DNA of 50,085 bases from a virus. Its lineage: Duplodnaviria; Caudoviricetes. The first letter of the stretch is position 1; each line of letters opens with the position of its first letter. The stretch covers positions 1 to 50,085 of IMG/VR virus record IMGVR_UViG_3300034760_000061; one strand, given 5' to 3'. The notes beneath the pieces were generated by a model. That model saw only the letters and a list, made by a program, of their open reading frames with translations. It had not been told where the DNA came from and ran no database searches. The position numbers and the translations under genes were made by a program. Positions 1 to 10,206 of this stretch are shown piece by piece.

Positions 1-439
1 ACCTGCCCGCGAAACGGCGGCGTTGATGTACTCCCGGGTGATGTACAGCAGGTCGTCCAGCGGCAAATAGAGCGACTGGCGCAGTGACAGCACGATGGCT
101 TCCTGGGACGCGCTCAGCGTCGTATGCAGCGTGTGGGCGCGGTGAGAACGGTCTTGTACATCGTCTCGCTTGAGCCACTTGGCGGCCGTGGCACGGGTGA
201 TATTGAAGACTTTGGCGGCCTCGCGATCGCACAGGCCGGAGTCCTTGATTTCCTGCCGGATCTTAGGCGTCGTGCGGGCTTGGGGATGAATGCGTGTGCT
301 GATAGACTGAAGTTTATGCGATGTGCTGCAACCGATGGGACGACCGCGGTGGCAAATCGGCGATCAAGTCGTCAAGCACGACCCTGGCGCGGAACAAAGC
401 CATGCTGCGACGAGGAATATGATCACACGAAACTAAACA
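1..439 (-). mobile_element. IS481-family insertion sequence, left end (continues beyond window start)
   Basis: Minus strand 303->1 translates STRIHPQARTTPKIRQEIKDSG...AAKWLKRDDVQDRSHRAHTLHTTLSASQEAIVLSLRQSLYLPLDDLL, typical IS481 transposase N-terminus. Putative terminal TGT(TTAGTTTCGTGTGATC) at 439. The expected start codon reads ATC (301-303), with no in-frame ATG before an upstream stop. Confidence 0.8.
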
Positions 440-547
440 GCTAGTTGAGTCCAGGGGCGAATCAGGTAGGATGGAGATAGGTTATCGGTATTGCAAGGGC
501 GTCAACTTCAGACCGACCGCCGCATCGAGTGCGGTCAACTCGGCCTC

Positions 548-690
548 CCAGCAACTGGGAACATCCTTCGATTTCATCGACCGCAGCCAGAACGATGCCC
601 TGCTTGGCGGCGAAGTGCGCCGAACACTACCTTCAACACGATTATGCCGCTGAGAAGGGCGACGCACGGGATCGCTTCGTCAAATATCTG
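548..690 (+). pseudogene. degenerate 3'-end remnant of the tyrosine integrase
   Basis: QQLGTSFDFIDRSQNDALLGGEVRR, then a 1-nt frameshift, then HYLQHDYAAEKGDARDRF. Aligns to QRLGVSLDIIDRCQNHVLPGSKVRRHYLHHDYADEKRAAWDKL of the 10238-11707 integrase. Confidence 0.85.
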
Positions 691-825
691 GCAATGGTCC
701 TAGCTTACTCACGGTCAAGAAATTTATGTGAGCAGTCGTTACATTTGGATAGAATCGGCACGTTTCTTCTAAGTATGATTCGTCCGCGGGACGGCACGCC
801 AACATGCCGAGTTAAGAGGAAGCGT

Positions 826-1215
826 ATGTCATTAATTGCCTGTAGCAGCTGCGGGGAAAAAATTTCGAAAAAAGCCGCGGCGTGTCCGAAGTGTGGGCAC
901 CCGAATCCGACGGCGAACCACCTATCTGGTGGGTCCGTACTTGGCGGCCTATTTATCGCCGGCCTGGCCATCTGGTGGATGGCAAGTGGTCACGAGTCCG
1001 CCACTAACCGTGAGCTGGACAAGGCATATGGGAAAGTGGCAAGCGACTCCGTTGAGCAGTATCAGATAGCCAAACGTGGCGGCGACAAGATGCAGGCATG
1101 CGTTCACGCCGGCCTGGTTGCCGCAAGCTACTTACAGGCGAAGGATGAGTCGAAGTATCGCGAGTGGCAGAGCGTCGAACGCACGGACTGCAAAAGAGCC
1201 GGCGTGCCAAAATAG
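826..1215 (+). CDS. zinc-ribbon domain membrane protein
   Basis: GAGGA RBS before ATG 826; MSLIACSSCGEKISKKAAACPKCGHP (CxxC-x10-CPxCG) followed by one TM segment. Confidence 0.8.
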   Translation: MSLIACSSCGEKISKKAAACPKCGHPNPTANHLSGGSVLGGLFIAGLAIWWMASGHESATNRELDKAYGKVASDSVEQYQIAKRGGDKMQACVHAGLVAASYLQAKDESKYREWQSVERTDCKRAGVPK

Positions 1216-1263
1216 TTTTTAGTAAGGCGCAACAGCGCGCCAATATACCCCTTGAAAGTATGT

Positions 1264-1752
1264 ATGGCCTTAGTCAAATGCAAGGAATGCGGTTCGGAGA
1301 TGAGCACTACTGCGAAATCGTGCCCGAAGTGCGGTGCCGCGCCAGCGAAGCGGACTTCGAAGACCACATGGATTATTGGCGGTTTCTTCGCCCTGATGTT
1401 TGTTGGCTACATTTCCAGCAAGAAAAATCACGACGCGGCAGAAGCCCAAAAAACACCTGAGGAGATTGCCGCCGCAGCGAAGAAGGAGCGTGCATTTCAG
1501 AAGACCGTTCTGATGGCAAAAGCCATCAAGGGCAACCTCAGGGATCCCTCATCCGTCGACTGGGAGGTCATTCGTGCCAATGATGACGCTAGCGTTATCT
1601 GCCTTCAATATCGTGCCAAGAATGGATTCGGAGGTTATGCCCGTGAGATTGCCGTTCTTGCGCAAGACAGGGCAAGCGCCGATAAGAAGGCATGGAATAA
1701 ACACTGCACAGGGCCACTGCGTGACCTGGCACATGCGCGTGTTGCAATTTAA
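1264..1752 (+). CDS. zinc-ribbon domain membrane protein
   Basis: MALVKCKECGSEMSTTAKSCPKCG, TM helix, C-terminal domain with YRAKNGFGG motif. Confidence 0.8.
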   Translation: MALVKCKECGSEMSTTAKSCPKCGAAPAKRTSKTTWIIGGFFALMFVGYISSKKNHDAAEAQKTPEEIAAAAKKERAFQKTVLMAKAIKGNLRDPSSVDWEVIRANDDASVICLQYRAKNGFGGYAREIAVLAQDRASADKKAWNKHCTGPLRDLAHARVAI

Positions 1753-1864
1753 GGCTAGACAGCGCGAGCCGCACTGGCGCGTCCGGCGACCTAACGCGTG
1801 ATACAGCGGACCGACCAAGAGGAGTCGCACGCTCAGGCGATCGATCCAGCCTCTACTTGATCGG

Positions 1865-2335
1865 TCACAACCCTATCTCATTTGATGACCAGTAGCACCC
1901 GTTACCGCACGCCGGGTCGCCGTAATGGCCATCGGGGAACACGATATCAATGTGCCCCTGAGGATCGGTGCCACCGTGCAGGCCGAAAATGGAAATGAAC
2001 CCGGAGCGGCCACGAACAGCCACGAGTGCAGCGGCGCTGCTGCGATACTTCTCGGGCTCGCCCAGCATGGTTCGCTATGCCAGGTACTTCGACAGCTTGG
2101 CCTGGCCAGGCTGGAATCGCCTTCCCTTGTAGCGCCCGGCGTTCACCCTCATGTGCCCTGGCACAGGAACGCCGGAGGCGATCAGCGCAAGGCTCACCCG
2201 GACCGCGCATGTGTTATTCCAGTTCATGTCCTTTGCTAGATTCACGTGACCGATGGACCCGTACAACTCTTCTTTCGGCACAGTTCTGGTGGGTGGATAG
2301 TTGGCGCGCAGCGTTGAGAATGAAATTTTTATCAT
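1865..2335 (-). pseudogene. Tae4-family (T6SS amidase effector) pseudogene
   Basis: AGGAGG RBS; NTCAVRVSLAL and GHIDIV catalytic motifs. ORFs 2075-2335 and 1865-2068 are in the same frame, separated by a single TAG at 2075-2077. Confidence 0.8.
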
Positions 2336-2498
2336 GGCCGCCTCCTATTTCTTGCCGGGGCAAGGGAGTAACGGGCTGAGAATTTCGACGACGAGCGGCG
2401 CCGCACCGCGCTCAAAGCTTGCTGGAGGAAGTTTTCGAAGGCCCCAGATGACCTTTTCGTTGACCGTATCACGCCTCCATCGCCCTTTGAGCACCAGC

Positions 2499-2891
2499 TT
2501 ATCCCCATGATTGCATCGAGCACCCATCGATATAGGTGGCGGCAAGCTTGTGGTTGTATTGTTCCCGTGCGCTGAACTGCGCCGTGCTCTTCACGCCTGG
2601 CGCTACTGCAAGCAGTTCCACAAGCTGCTGCCCGGTTACAGGAGGGCAGTAAGCTCGGCCCCCGAAGTGTGCAGGGATAAACTCTGCTGTGGCAATTAGT
2701 TCCTCGGCGATTTTGTTTCCCCAACAATATGTGTCAGTTCGCGTTCCGCAATCCCTATAACTCTCAAGGATTTGTCGCTGTCGCTCCGGCATCAAACCGA
2801 TGATAATCAGCCGGGCAGAGAACAACTCATCTTCGAGGCGCCGGATCTTCTCTTGCTCCGGAGTTTTGGTGGATACATACAATTTAGACAT
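2499..2891 (-). CDS. hypothetical protein, possibly degenerate at 3' end
   Basis: GAGAGG RBS before ATG at 2891; protein-like N-terminal half up to RAYCP. Confidence 0.45.
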   Translation of the reverse strand: MSKLYVSTKTPEQEKIRRLEDELFSARLIIIGLMPERQRQILESYRDCGTRTDTYCWGNKIAEELIATAEFIPAHFGGRAYCPPVTGQQLVELLAVAPGVKSTAQFSAREQYNHKLAATYIDGCSMQSWG

Positions 2892-2925
2892 TTGCCTCTC
2901 GTAAGCACGCATGCAAAGCACACGA

Positions 2926-3977
2926 CAGAGAACCTATCTGTCGCCGCGATGTTCAATGCTTGGCTGCTCAATGGTGTGCGCCGCAAGGACGGCAACGCCG
3001 AACTGCGCCGCTCCTTCAGCGCGGACGTGCTGCCGGCGATAGGCGCGATTGCGATCAAGTATCTGACAGAGCATGACCTCCGCGGCGTGCTGCGGACCAT
3101 GGTCGCGCGCGGCGTAAACCGGGCGGCCGTGATGGTCCGGAACAGCTTGACGCAAATGTTCGCCTGGGCCGAGAAGCGGCAGCCGTGGCGCAAGCTGCTG
3201 ATCGATGGGAACCCGATGGAACTGATCGAAATCGAGAAGATCGTCGCGCCCGACTACGACATGAGCAACGAGCGGGATCGGATTCTTGCGGACGCAGAGA
3301 TCGCGGAGCTCCAGGCGGTGTTCGACAAGCTGCAAGCCGAGTACGATGCTGCGCCAGACAAGCGCTACGGCACGCAACCGGTCGCGGCCACCACGCAGCG
3401 CGCGATCTGGATTATGCTGTCGACGCTGTGCCGCGTCGGTGAGATCAGCATGGCCAGGTGGGAGCACATCGACATGAAAGCGGCGGAGTGGTTCATCCCG
3501 AAGGAGAACGTGAAGGACAACCTGGCCGATCTAACGGTGTACCTCTCCCCTTTCGCGCTCGATCAGTTCCGCCAGCTGCAGTCGGTCACGGGCGGCACGG
3601 CCTGGTGCTTCCCAGCGCGGAATAATGAGGGCCATGTTAATTCGAAGTCGATCAGCAAGCAGGTCGGCGATCGGCAATCAATGTTCAAAAAGGCTAACGA
3701 CGGCGGCCCCCGTGCGCCGATGAAGAACCGGCGCCATGACAACACCCTGTTGCTTGGCGCCTGCAAGACCGGTGCTTGGACGCCACACGACCTGCGCCGC
3801 ACTTGTGCCACCCTGATGCAGCGCCTCGGCGTCTCGCTCGACATCATCGATCGCTGCCAGAACCACGTTCTGCCTGGAAGCAAAGTGCGCCGCCACTATC
3901 TGCACCACGACTATGCCGATGAGAAGCGCGCCGCGTGGGATAAACTCGGCGCACACTTATCTACTGTTCTGAAATGA
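2926..3977 (+). pseudogene. 5'-truncated tyrosine integrase (second copy)
   Basis: Near-identical protein to residues ~155-500 of the 10190-11707 ORF (R..GE, HDLRRT, NH, HDY), but lacks the N-terminal arm-binding domain. Confidence 0.9.
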
Positions 3978-4038
3978 ATGCCGTTTTTGTTGGGCCCTCT
4001 GCGGCGCTCTTAGCCTCCAGTTAACTATACGACTAGGC

Positions 4039-4392
4039 TCATACTTGGCGCAGGAACGACATCGCCAAACACTTCCCAACGACTGGAATGCCCAAGTTAT
4101 GCGATTCGTCTTCCATCCATGTGAGCTTCCTTTCCTTCGATTCGGGCGATCCGTAAATGTCTGCTCCAATCTTCGTTAGGGTCAGGATTAGTGATTGGAG
4201 GGCATCAGAACCTAAAGCGTATCGTATTTTCTCATCTCCTATTCCAATAATTTGGTATGGACAAAACCGGATATTTTTCTCGTACTTCCGTGGCTTGCCA
4301 ATTTTTATCCACACTGGGCAAATGCTTCCGTCCGCCGATACTAATTCCAACATCCTGGTCGCAAAAATTGCACCTAAAATCTCTACGTTCAT
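4039..4392 (-). CDS. DUF6968-like protein, probable orphan immunity protein
   Basis: AGGAG RBS; ATRMLELV...IKIGKP...CPYQIIGIG...YALGSDALQSLIL pattern; AT-rich; follows a toxin-tip remnant. Confidence 0.6.
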   Translation of the reverse strand: MNVEILGAIFATRMLELVSADGSICPVWIKIGKPRKYEKNIRFCPYQIIGIGDEKIRYALGSDALQSLILTLTKIGADIYGSPESKERKLTWMEDESHNLGIPVVGKCLAMSFLRQV

Positions 4393-4406
4393 CGGCCAAC
4401 TCCTAT

Positions 4407-4560
4407 TTATTTTGAACAATTAAGTTTCGGCAAATCTTTCCCTTCAGTACAGGCGCTGTAACGCAATGCTGCACTTGAATAGCATCTCGCCTGCACGCCG
4501 CCCCGCCAAGGCAGACGAGAACATTTTAATTCGCACAGTACATCAGCACATCTCGGGCGC
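4407..4560 (-). pseudogene. orphan polymorphic-toxin C-terminal remnant
   Basis: CSRLP...QARCYSSAALRYSACTEGKDLPKL resembles recalled Cys-rich RHS tips (RCxxSAxxRYxACxxGKxLPxL). Confidence 0.45.
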
Positions 4561-4895
4561 GCACCCACCGCGCTGGACACAACTAATTCCCCTCCCGCAG
4601 CGCCGACTTGGCCTTCGTGCAGCGCGCATTTGTAATCTTTGATGATGCTGTACATGCATACGCTGTTTATAAAACTCTACGCCTTGGCATGTCATAACAA
4701 TTCATGGTTTTGCAATCTTCAAAAGTAAAGGACCGCGCACGCCTCCCACTGTAGCGTGCGCGCTCAACGGTTTAAGAGGTTCAGGAACGGTCTTCAATTA
4801 TTGTCACAAAACAATATGTCATATTTCTAAAACACTACTCTTGGTTTTCAAGCAGGCAATTGACGCCAGCTTCTCCCGCAAAGGACAAGAAGACC

Positions 4896-7800
4896 ATGAC
4901 CATGCCCAACGCAAGCCCGTTTCCGTCGCTGGTTCAGCTCATACGTTCCGCATTGATATTTCTACCGCTGGTTCACGGCAGTGTCCATGCAGAGAGCGCC
5001 CTGCCAGAAGGAGCACTGGGGTGGTGGTATTACACTGGCATGCTTAATCCGGATCGTTATGCGTCCGACCCGATTACTGCCTGTCAAAAATCGGCGTGGA
5101 ATCACGCGCGACAGCCGCTTGTCGCGATGCGGCCTCACGAATACCGCCGCGACATATTTAAATGCTACTATCGTTGGCCCACCTCAGAAAGCAGCGTTGC
5201 ATGGCTTGGACCAGCGATCCTGAACTGTAAAGCGGGATATACGCCTACTGCACAGGGCGTCTGTCGTAAAGATAGAGATAAGCCGGAACGTGCCGCCCCC
5301 TTGAAATGTGGAGAAGCAGCGGGGAATCCGGTTCAGTTTGCCAGCGGCGCTAAAGTCCAACATGAAACTGATCTTGGCGGGGGCGCCGACGACGCACTGG
5401 TTGTCCGACGCACGTACCGGAGCGCGCGTGATGGCGGAAGCGGACAATCAGCCGGTCTGGGCTGGTCGTTTTCCTTCGAACGGGCCTTTCTCGCGCCACC
5501 TTCACTGCTTGGCGGCATCAGACCGCAAATCATTGGCACGCTCAGCGACGGCAGCTTTTTCGAATTCCGGCGCGAGAAAGACGGCACATACAAGTCCCGC
5601 CGCGATAGAGGAATGACCCTGGAAGTGCAAGGCCCAGATGAAACTGTCTTTCTTCTGACAACGCCGGACGGCACGGTCGAACGTTTTCTTCGGGAGGGTG
5701 ACAACTTCAGACTCAGCAGTGTTCATACCCGCACCGGTATGGCCACGCAGTATTCCTACGACGAGAAAAACCAACTCAGCAAGATTGTCGACACCGGCGG
5801 TCGCAGCCTGGTGATCGCATGGGAGGGTGACGTCATCGCGTCGATCTCCAGCGCCACCGGTAGTGTCCGCTACGAATATGAGCACGCCACCATACCTGGC
5901 TACCCGGCCATCGAGGGAATGGACCGACTGATCGGTGTACACTTCCTCGATCGCTCCGGTGCCGGGATTTCAGCGCGTGCGTACCACTACGAAGACGCCA
6001 GGGATCGCTTCCTGCTCACGGGAATCACCGACGAACACGGCAAGCGCTTCGCCACGTACGCATACAACGACGACGCGCAGGCAGTGCTGACGGAGCACGC
6101 CGGCGGTGCGCAGCGCTATACATTCGCCTATCCCAGCCGGACCAGCCGGATTGTGACCGATCCGCTGGGCAGCAGCCGGAGTATCGGCATCGCGTACGAC
6201 GATAACAACAAGAGCCAGATTACCGCAGAAAGCCAGCCCGCGGGCGCCGGCTGCGCTGCAAGTGCCAAGGCAACCACGTACACCGACAAAGGCGACGTGG
6301 CCAGCCGTACCGACTTCAACGGAAACAAGACCTGCTTCATCAGCGACCCCATCCGTGGGGCCGAGCTGGCACGCACGAACGGACTGACCAAAGATGCAGC
6401 ATGCCCTGCGAGCATCGATAGCGCCATTCCAGCTGGCGCGCGCAAGATCAGCACGCGCTGGCATCCGGACTGGCCTCTGGCCATCGGTGTCGCCACGCCG
6501 GGACGCATCGACACGAAAGTCTATAACGGCCAGCGCGACGCCGCCGGTAAAGTCGTCGAATGCGCTGGCGGCGCAGTGCTGCCCAACGGGAAGCCGGTTG
6601 CCGTCGTATGCCGTGCAACCGTCCAGGCGACCAACGACAGTAACGGCGCACTCGGCTTTGCGGCGGCCCGAACCGGCCCTGCGCAGGAATGGCGCTACAC
6701 CTACAACCGTACGGGCCAGATGCTGACGAGCAGCGGTCGAGTCGATGCCAACGGCAAGGCCGAATCGTCCAGCATGGTCTATTACGCCGACACCAGTGCA
6801 AGCCACTCCCCGGGCGACCTGGCAAGCGTGCGCAACAGCGTTGGCGAGGTGACCAGTTACCTCGAATATAGCGAGGACGGATTACCGACCAAAATTCAGC
6901 GTCACACTGGCCAGATTATTGGGCTTGAATATGGCCCGCGCCAGCGCTTGGTGTCCAGCACCATCCGCGACGCCAGCGGACGCGCTGAAACGACCAGCTA
7001 CGAGTACGACCTCGTCGGACAACTAATCCGCATGACTGCGCCCGACGGATCGGCGCTGGAGTACACGTACGATGACGCGCACCGTATGACCGGCTTGCGC
7101 GACCGTGCCGGCAACAGTATCAGCTTCACGCTTGATGCCATGGGCAATATCGTGCGCCAGGAGGTGAAAGACCCGAGCGGCAAACTGGTGGCGCAGACGA
7201 CACGCGCTTTCGACGCGCTCAGCCGCTTGCAGCGGGAACAGCGCAGTGCCAAGGACCAGGGCGCGCGCTTTGAATACGATCCGGCCGGCAACCAGACATC
7301 GAGTTTCGATCCGATGGGCCGCGTCACAAAGGGAACTTACGACGCCTTCAACCGTCTAATACAGCAGGCACTTCCAGCCGCCGATGCTACGAGCAAGCCG
7401 GCTACGATCAATTATGCCTACACGCCGCAGGATCAGCTTGCATCGGTGCTCGATCCGCGCCGCTTGCAGACGCGCTACGTCGCCAATGGGCTGGGGCAGC
7501 AAACGGCGCTCATTAGCCCCGATACCGGTACAACGAACATGCAGTTCGACGGAGCCGGGAACATGATATCGAGCGTCGACGCGGCCGGGCGCAAGACCGC
7601 CTATCGCTACGACGCGGCGGGCCGCGTCACTGGCATCGGCACCAGCACGTTCGAATACGGGGCGGCCGGTAGCCCCGCAGCGGGACGCGTGACGACAATG
7701 ACTGATGAGTCTGGAAAAACGGTATACGCGTACGACGGCATGGGAAGGCTCTTGAGGAAAGAACAGACGAGCGCTCCGGCATCCAGGCGCTTCGTGACCG

Positions 7801-9425
7801 CCTATACCTATGGCAGCGAAGGGAGTGGCACAGGACACGCCACGTCGATGACCTACCCCAGCGGCAATCGCGTCGACGTCACCTATGACAGCAATGGAAA
7901 ACCGTCCGCTCTCGGCCTGACCCGCCCGAATGCTGTGCGCGTGACGATTTTGAGTCAGATAAGCTACCAGCCGTTTGGCGCTGTACGCTCATGGCTATGG
8001 GGAAACCACAACGCGGGCAGTCCCAACAAATACGAGCGCCAGTTCGACCTCGAAAACCGGCTGATCAGCTATCCACTTGGCCATCCAATGGTCGGCGGAT
8101 CGGTGCGCACACTCAGTTACGATGCCGCCGGACGGATCGTGGCGACTACACATGCGGGGAACGCCACGTCTAACAGGCTGGACCAGCGCTACAGTTACGA
8201 TGGACGGGATCGCTTGATCGGTTTTACCGGCGCGGCCGCCAGCCAGCGCTTCGAGTACGACGTCAACGGCAACCGGACCAAAGTTATTCTCGGAGCCAAT
8301 AGCTACCTCAACACGATTGATCCGAACAGCAACCGGCTGGCCGCCACTGCCGGGCCGGCGCCAGCGAAACGCAATACGTATGACGCCACGGGCAACCTCA
8401 CCAGTGACGGGACGATACGCTACGTCTACGGCAACAACGGGCGCCTGAGCAGCACCACAGGTATCGGTGGCGCGTCTGTTCAATACCGCTATAACGGACT
8501 TGGACAGCGGACTATCAAGTCTGATGCGGCCGGCGCATCGACTTACTTCGTCTACAACGAGGCCGGACAGATTGTGGGCGAGTACAACAGCACCGGGACG
8601 CCGATACAGGAAACGATTTACCTGGAGGGAATGCCGGTCGCCGTGCTTAAACCGCGTGCCAGCGGTGCAGAAGAAAATGCATACTACGTCTATGCGGACC
8701 ACCTGGCGACACCACGGGTCATCACGCGCGCCAGCGACAACAAGATGGTGTGGCGCTGGGATGGCGCAAATCCGTTCGGCGAGGATCCCCCGGATGAAAA
8801 CCCGAGCCGCTTGGGAAATTTTTCCTACAACCTGCGTTTCCCCGGACAATATTATGATCGGGAGACCAATTTACATTACAACTACTTCAGGGACTATGAT
8901 CCGCTACTGGGGCGCTATGTGCAGTCCGATCCGATTGGCCTTAAAGGTGGAATTAATACATTTGGGTATGTTGGGGGAAGTCCAATAACCCGCACAGATC
9001 CGTTAGGTCTAGCATGGAGTTGCACGACAGTGGGGCTGATAACTACTTGCCGCAACTCACCGGAGCCTGGTTCAGTCGATCCAGTAGATCAACCATTACC
9101 CGCCGCTTCAAGCATCAAGCTCCCATCGGCAAATTCGATATATCAGGCTTGGTGCGAGTCATCCCCTTTGTCATGCACTATGAATGTTGTTGCCAATGAC
9201 GCAGTATCTGGGATACTTGCGGCATGCAAGCGTGCCGACAAGGATGACGACAAGGATGACGAAAGTGAAAAAAATAGGTGTAAGAAAGTATGGGAGTCGT
9301 GCTCAGATGGGTGCACAGTAAGATACGTAAATGGAACCCTTCCTGGGAGCGGTCATGATATGGCGAGTCGAATACGAGTATGTATTCGCAACTGCATGCG
9401 CGCAAATGGTTGCAACAAGTACTAA
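4896..9425 (+). CDS. RHS/YD-repeat polymorphic toxin with N-terminal signal peptide and DUF6531-like region
   Basis: Many YD repeats; core terminus YNYFRDYDPLLGRYVQSDPIGLKGGINTFGYVGGSPITRTDPLGL; ~138-aa Cys-rich tip; hydrophobic leader ending VHA-ES; ATG start chosen at 4896. Confidence 0.95.
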   Translation: MTMPNASPFPSLVQLIRSALIFLPLVHGSVHAESALPEGALGWWYYTGMLNPDRYASDPITACQKSAWNHARQPLVAMRPHEYRRDIFKCYYRWPTSESSVAWLGPAILNCKAGYTPTAQGVCRKDRDKPERAAPLKCGEAAGNPVQFASGAKVQHETDLGGGADDALVVRRTYRSARDGGSGQSAGLGWSFSFERAFLAPPSLLGGIRPQIIGTLSDGSFFEFRREKDGTYKSRRDRGMTLEVQGPDETVFLLTTPDGTVERFLREGDNFRLSSVHTRTGMATQYSYDEKNQLSKIVDTGGRSLVIAWEGDVIASISSATGSVRYEYEHATIPGYPAIEGMDRLIGVHFLDRSGAGISARAYHYEDARDRFLLTGITDEHGKRFATYAYNDDAQAVLTEHAGGAQRYTFAYPSRTSRIVTDPLGSSRSIGIAYDDNNKSQITAESQPAGAGCAASAKATTYTDKGDVASRTDFNGNKTCFISDPIRGAELARTNGLTKDAACPASIDSAIPAGARKISTRWHPDWPLAIGVATPGRIDTKVYNGQRDAAGKVVECAGGAVLPNGKPVAVVCRATVQATNDSNGALGFAAARTGPAQEWRYTYNRTGQMLTSSGRVDANGKAESSSMVYYADTSASHSPGDLASVRNSVGEVTSYLEYSEDGLPTKIQRHTGQIIGLEYGPRQRLVSSTIRDASGRAETTSYEYDLVGQLIRMTAPDGSALEYTYDDAHRMTGLRDRAGNSISFTLDAMGNIVRQEVKDPSGKLVAQTTRAFDALSRLQREQRSAKDQGARFEYDPAGNQTSSFDPMGRVTKGTYDAFNRLIQQALPAADATSKPATINYAYTPQDQLASVLDPRRLQTRYVANGLGQQTALISPDTGTTNMQFDGAGNMISSVDAAGRKTAYRYDAAGRVTGIGTSTFEYGAAGSPAAGRVTTMTDESGKTVYAYDGMGRLLRKEQTSAPASRRFVTAYTYGSEGSGTGHATSMTYPSGNRVDVTYDSNGKPSALGLTRPNAVRVTILSQISYQPFGAVRSWLWGNHNAGSPNKYERQFDLENRLISYPLGHPMVGGSVRTLSYDAAGRIVATTHAGNATSNRLDQRYSYDGRDRLIGFTGAAASQRFEYDVNGNRTKVILGANSYLNTIDPNSNRLAATAGPAPAKRNTYDATGNLTSDGTIRYVYGNNGRLSSTTGIGGASVQYRYNGLGQRTIKSDAAGASTYFVYNEAGQIVGEYNSTGTPIQETIYLEGMPVAVLKPRASGAEENAYYVYADHLATPRVITRASDNKMVWRWDGANPFGEDPPDENPSRLGNFSYNLRFPGQYYDRETNLHYNYFRDYDPLLGRYVQSDPIGLKGGINTFGYVGGSPITRTDPLGLAWSCTTVGLITTCRNSPEPGSVDPVDQPLPAASSIKLPSANSIYQAWCESSPLSCTMNVVANDAVSGILAACKRADKDDDKDDESEKNRCKKVWESCSDGCTVRYVNGTLPGSGHDMASRIRVCIRNCMRANGCNKY

Positions 9426-9441
9426 ATTTTCAAGGATATAT

Positions 9442-9675
9442 ATGAACATCGAAGAAGCAAAAGCTGTGATGCTTGCCTGCGGTGAGATAAATGCTCGCCT
9501 TAATAATGTCTCGCTAGTGGTAGATAAAATCAAAGATGAGTCAATCCAAAAGGCACTGCGGGCAGAGCTGGGAGGGGCAATGGTATCAATCTATGGCGGT
9601 CTTATGCGCCCGGTTATTGAAAATTTTCCTGAGTTGGATCCAGACGCGGAGGACGAATCCCTTATTTTTAAATAA
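9442..9675 (+). CDS. putative RHS immunity protein
   Basis: AAGGA RBS; small helical ORF 16 bp after the RHS stop; AT-rich like the toxin tip. Confidence 0.7.
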   Translation: MNIEEAKAVMLACGEINARLNNVSLVVDKIKDESIQKALRAELGGAMVSIYGGLMRPVIENFPELDPDAEDESLIFK

Positions 9676-9782
9676 TCCGGGAGTAAAACCGATGGAACAT
9701 ATGGATAATCTATAACACTCGCGCCGGAAGTTGCGATCTCAGCTTTGGCAATCGGCGGTGCGGCTGCTCAATAGGAGATAAC

Positions 9783-9893
9783 ATGAACGATTCCCATGTA
9801 TATACGGAACCGATAGACGAAGGGCCGACTCCAACGCCGGCAGAAGGTGGCGCCGCCCAGCCTTCCGGCCCACATCCGGGCGCTCTCAGCTGA
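9783..9893 (+). CDS. possible 36-aa small protein
   Basis: AGGAGA RBS 4 nt before ATG; MNDSHVYTEPIDEGPTPTPAEGGAAQPSGPHPGALS. Confidence 0.3.
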   Translation: MNDSHVYTEPIDEGPTPTPAEGGAAQPSGPHPGALS

Positions 9894-9954
9894 CGCAAAG
9901 TGCTTCCTCATGGTCCACTGAGCACCAGAGAAAGCCAATCTCGTCCAAGTGATC

Positions 9955-9977
9955 TGTAGGGGTAAATGTAGGGGTAA
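9955..9977. repeat. direct repeat TGTAGGGGTAA x2, probable integrase arm-type sites
   Basis: Exact 11-bp repeats at 9955-9965 and 9967-9977, ~57 bp from the tRNA fragment. Confidence 0.6.
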
Positions 9978-10033
9978 TTTCTGCGGATAAGAAAAAGGCC
10001 AGCACGCCGGCTGACCTAAGTCATTGATTCTAT

Positions 10034-10079
10034 TGGTCGGGACGGAGTGATTCGAACACTCGACCCCTTGCACCCCATG
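10034..10079 (-). other. att site: 3' half of tRNA-Pro(GGG), not a complete tRNA
   Basis: Minus strand reads CATGGGGTGCAAGGGGTCGAGTGTTCGAATCACTCCGTCCCGACCA (anticodon loop, T arm, CCA). The 5' side does not provide the D arm or the pairing strand of the anticodon stem. Confidence 0.9.
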
Positions 10080-10206
10080 TCAGTATTTGGTTGTCCAACA
10101 GTATCCAGTAAAATCCATTCTTAAATTAAATTCCCTTTATTTTCAAATGTTTAGCTCCGTATTAGTCTCGCAAGGTCGAACAAGGTAGAATGCAATCCAC
10201 GGATTT

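Noticed and set aside
529-825. N-terminal extension of the 228-aa ORF
   Set aside because: It runs through the integrase remnant; the RBS and zinc-ribbon start point to ATG 826.
2772-2925. N-terminus of the 401-aa integrase ORF
   Set aside because: No similarity to the full integrase; it is the antisense of the 2499-2891 gene.
10034-10110. Complete tRNA-Pro gene
   Set aside because: Only the anticodon loop to CCA is present; the 5' side lacks the D arm and acceptor/anticodon pairing strands, so it is scored as an att fragment.
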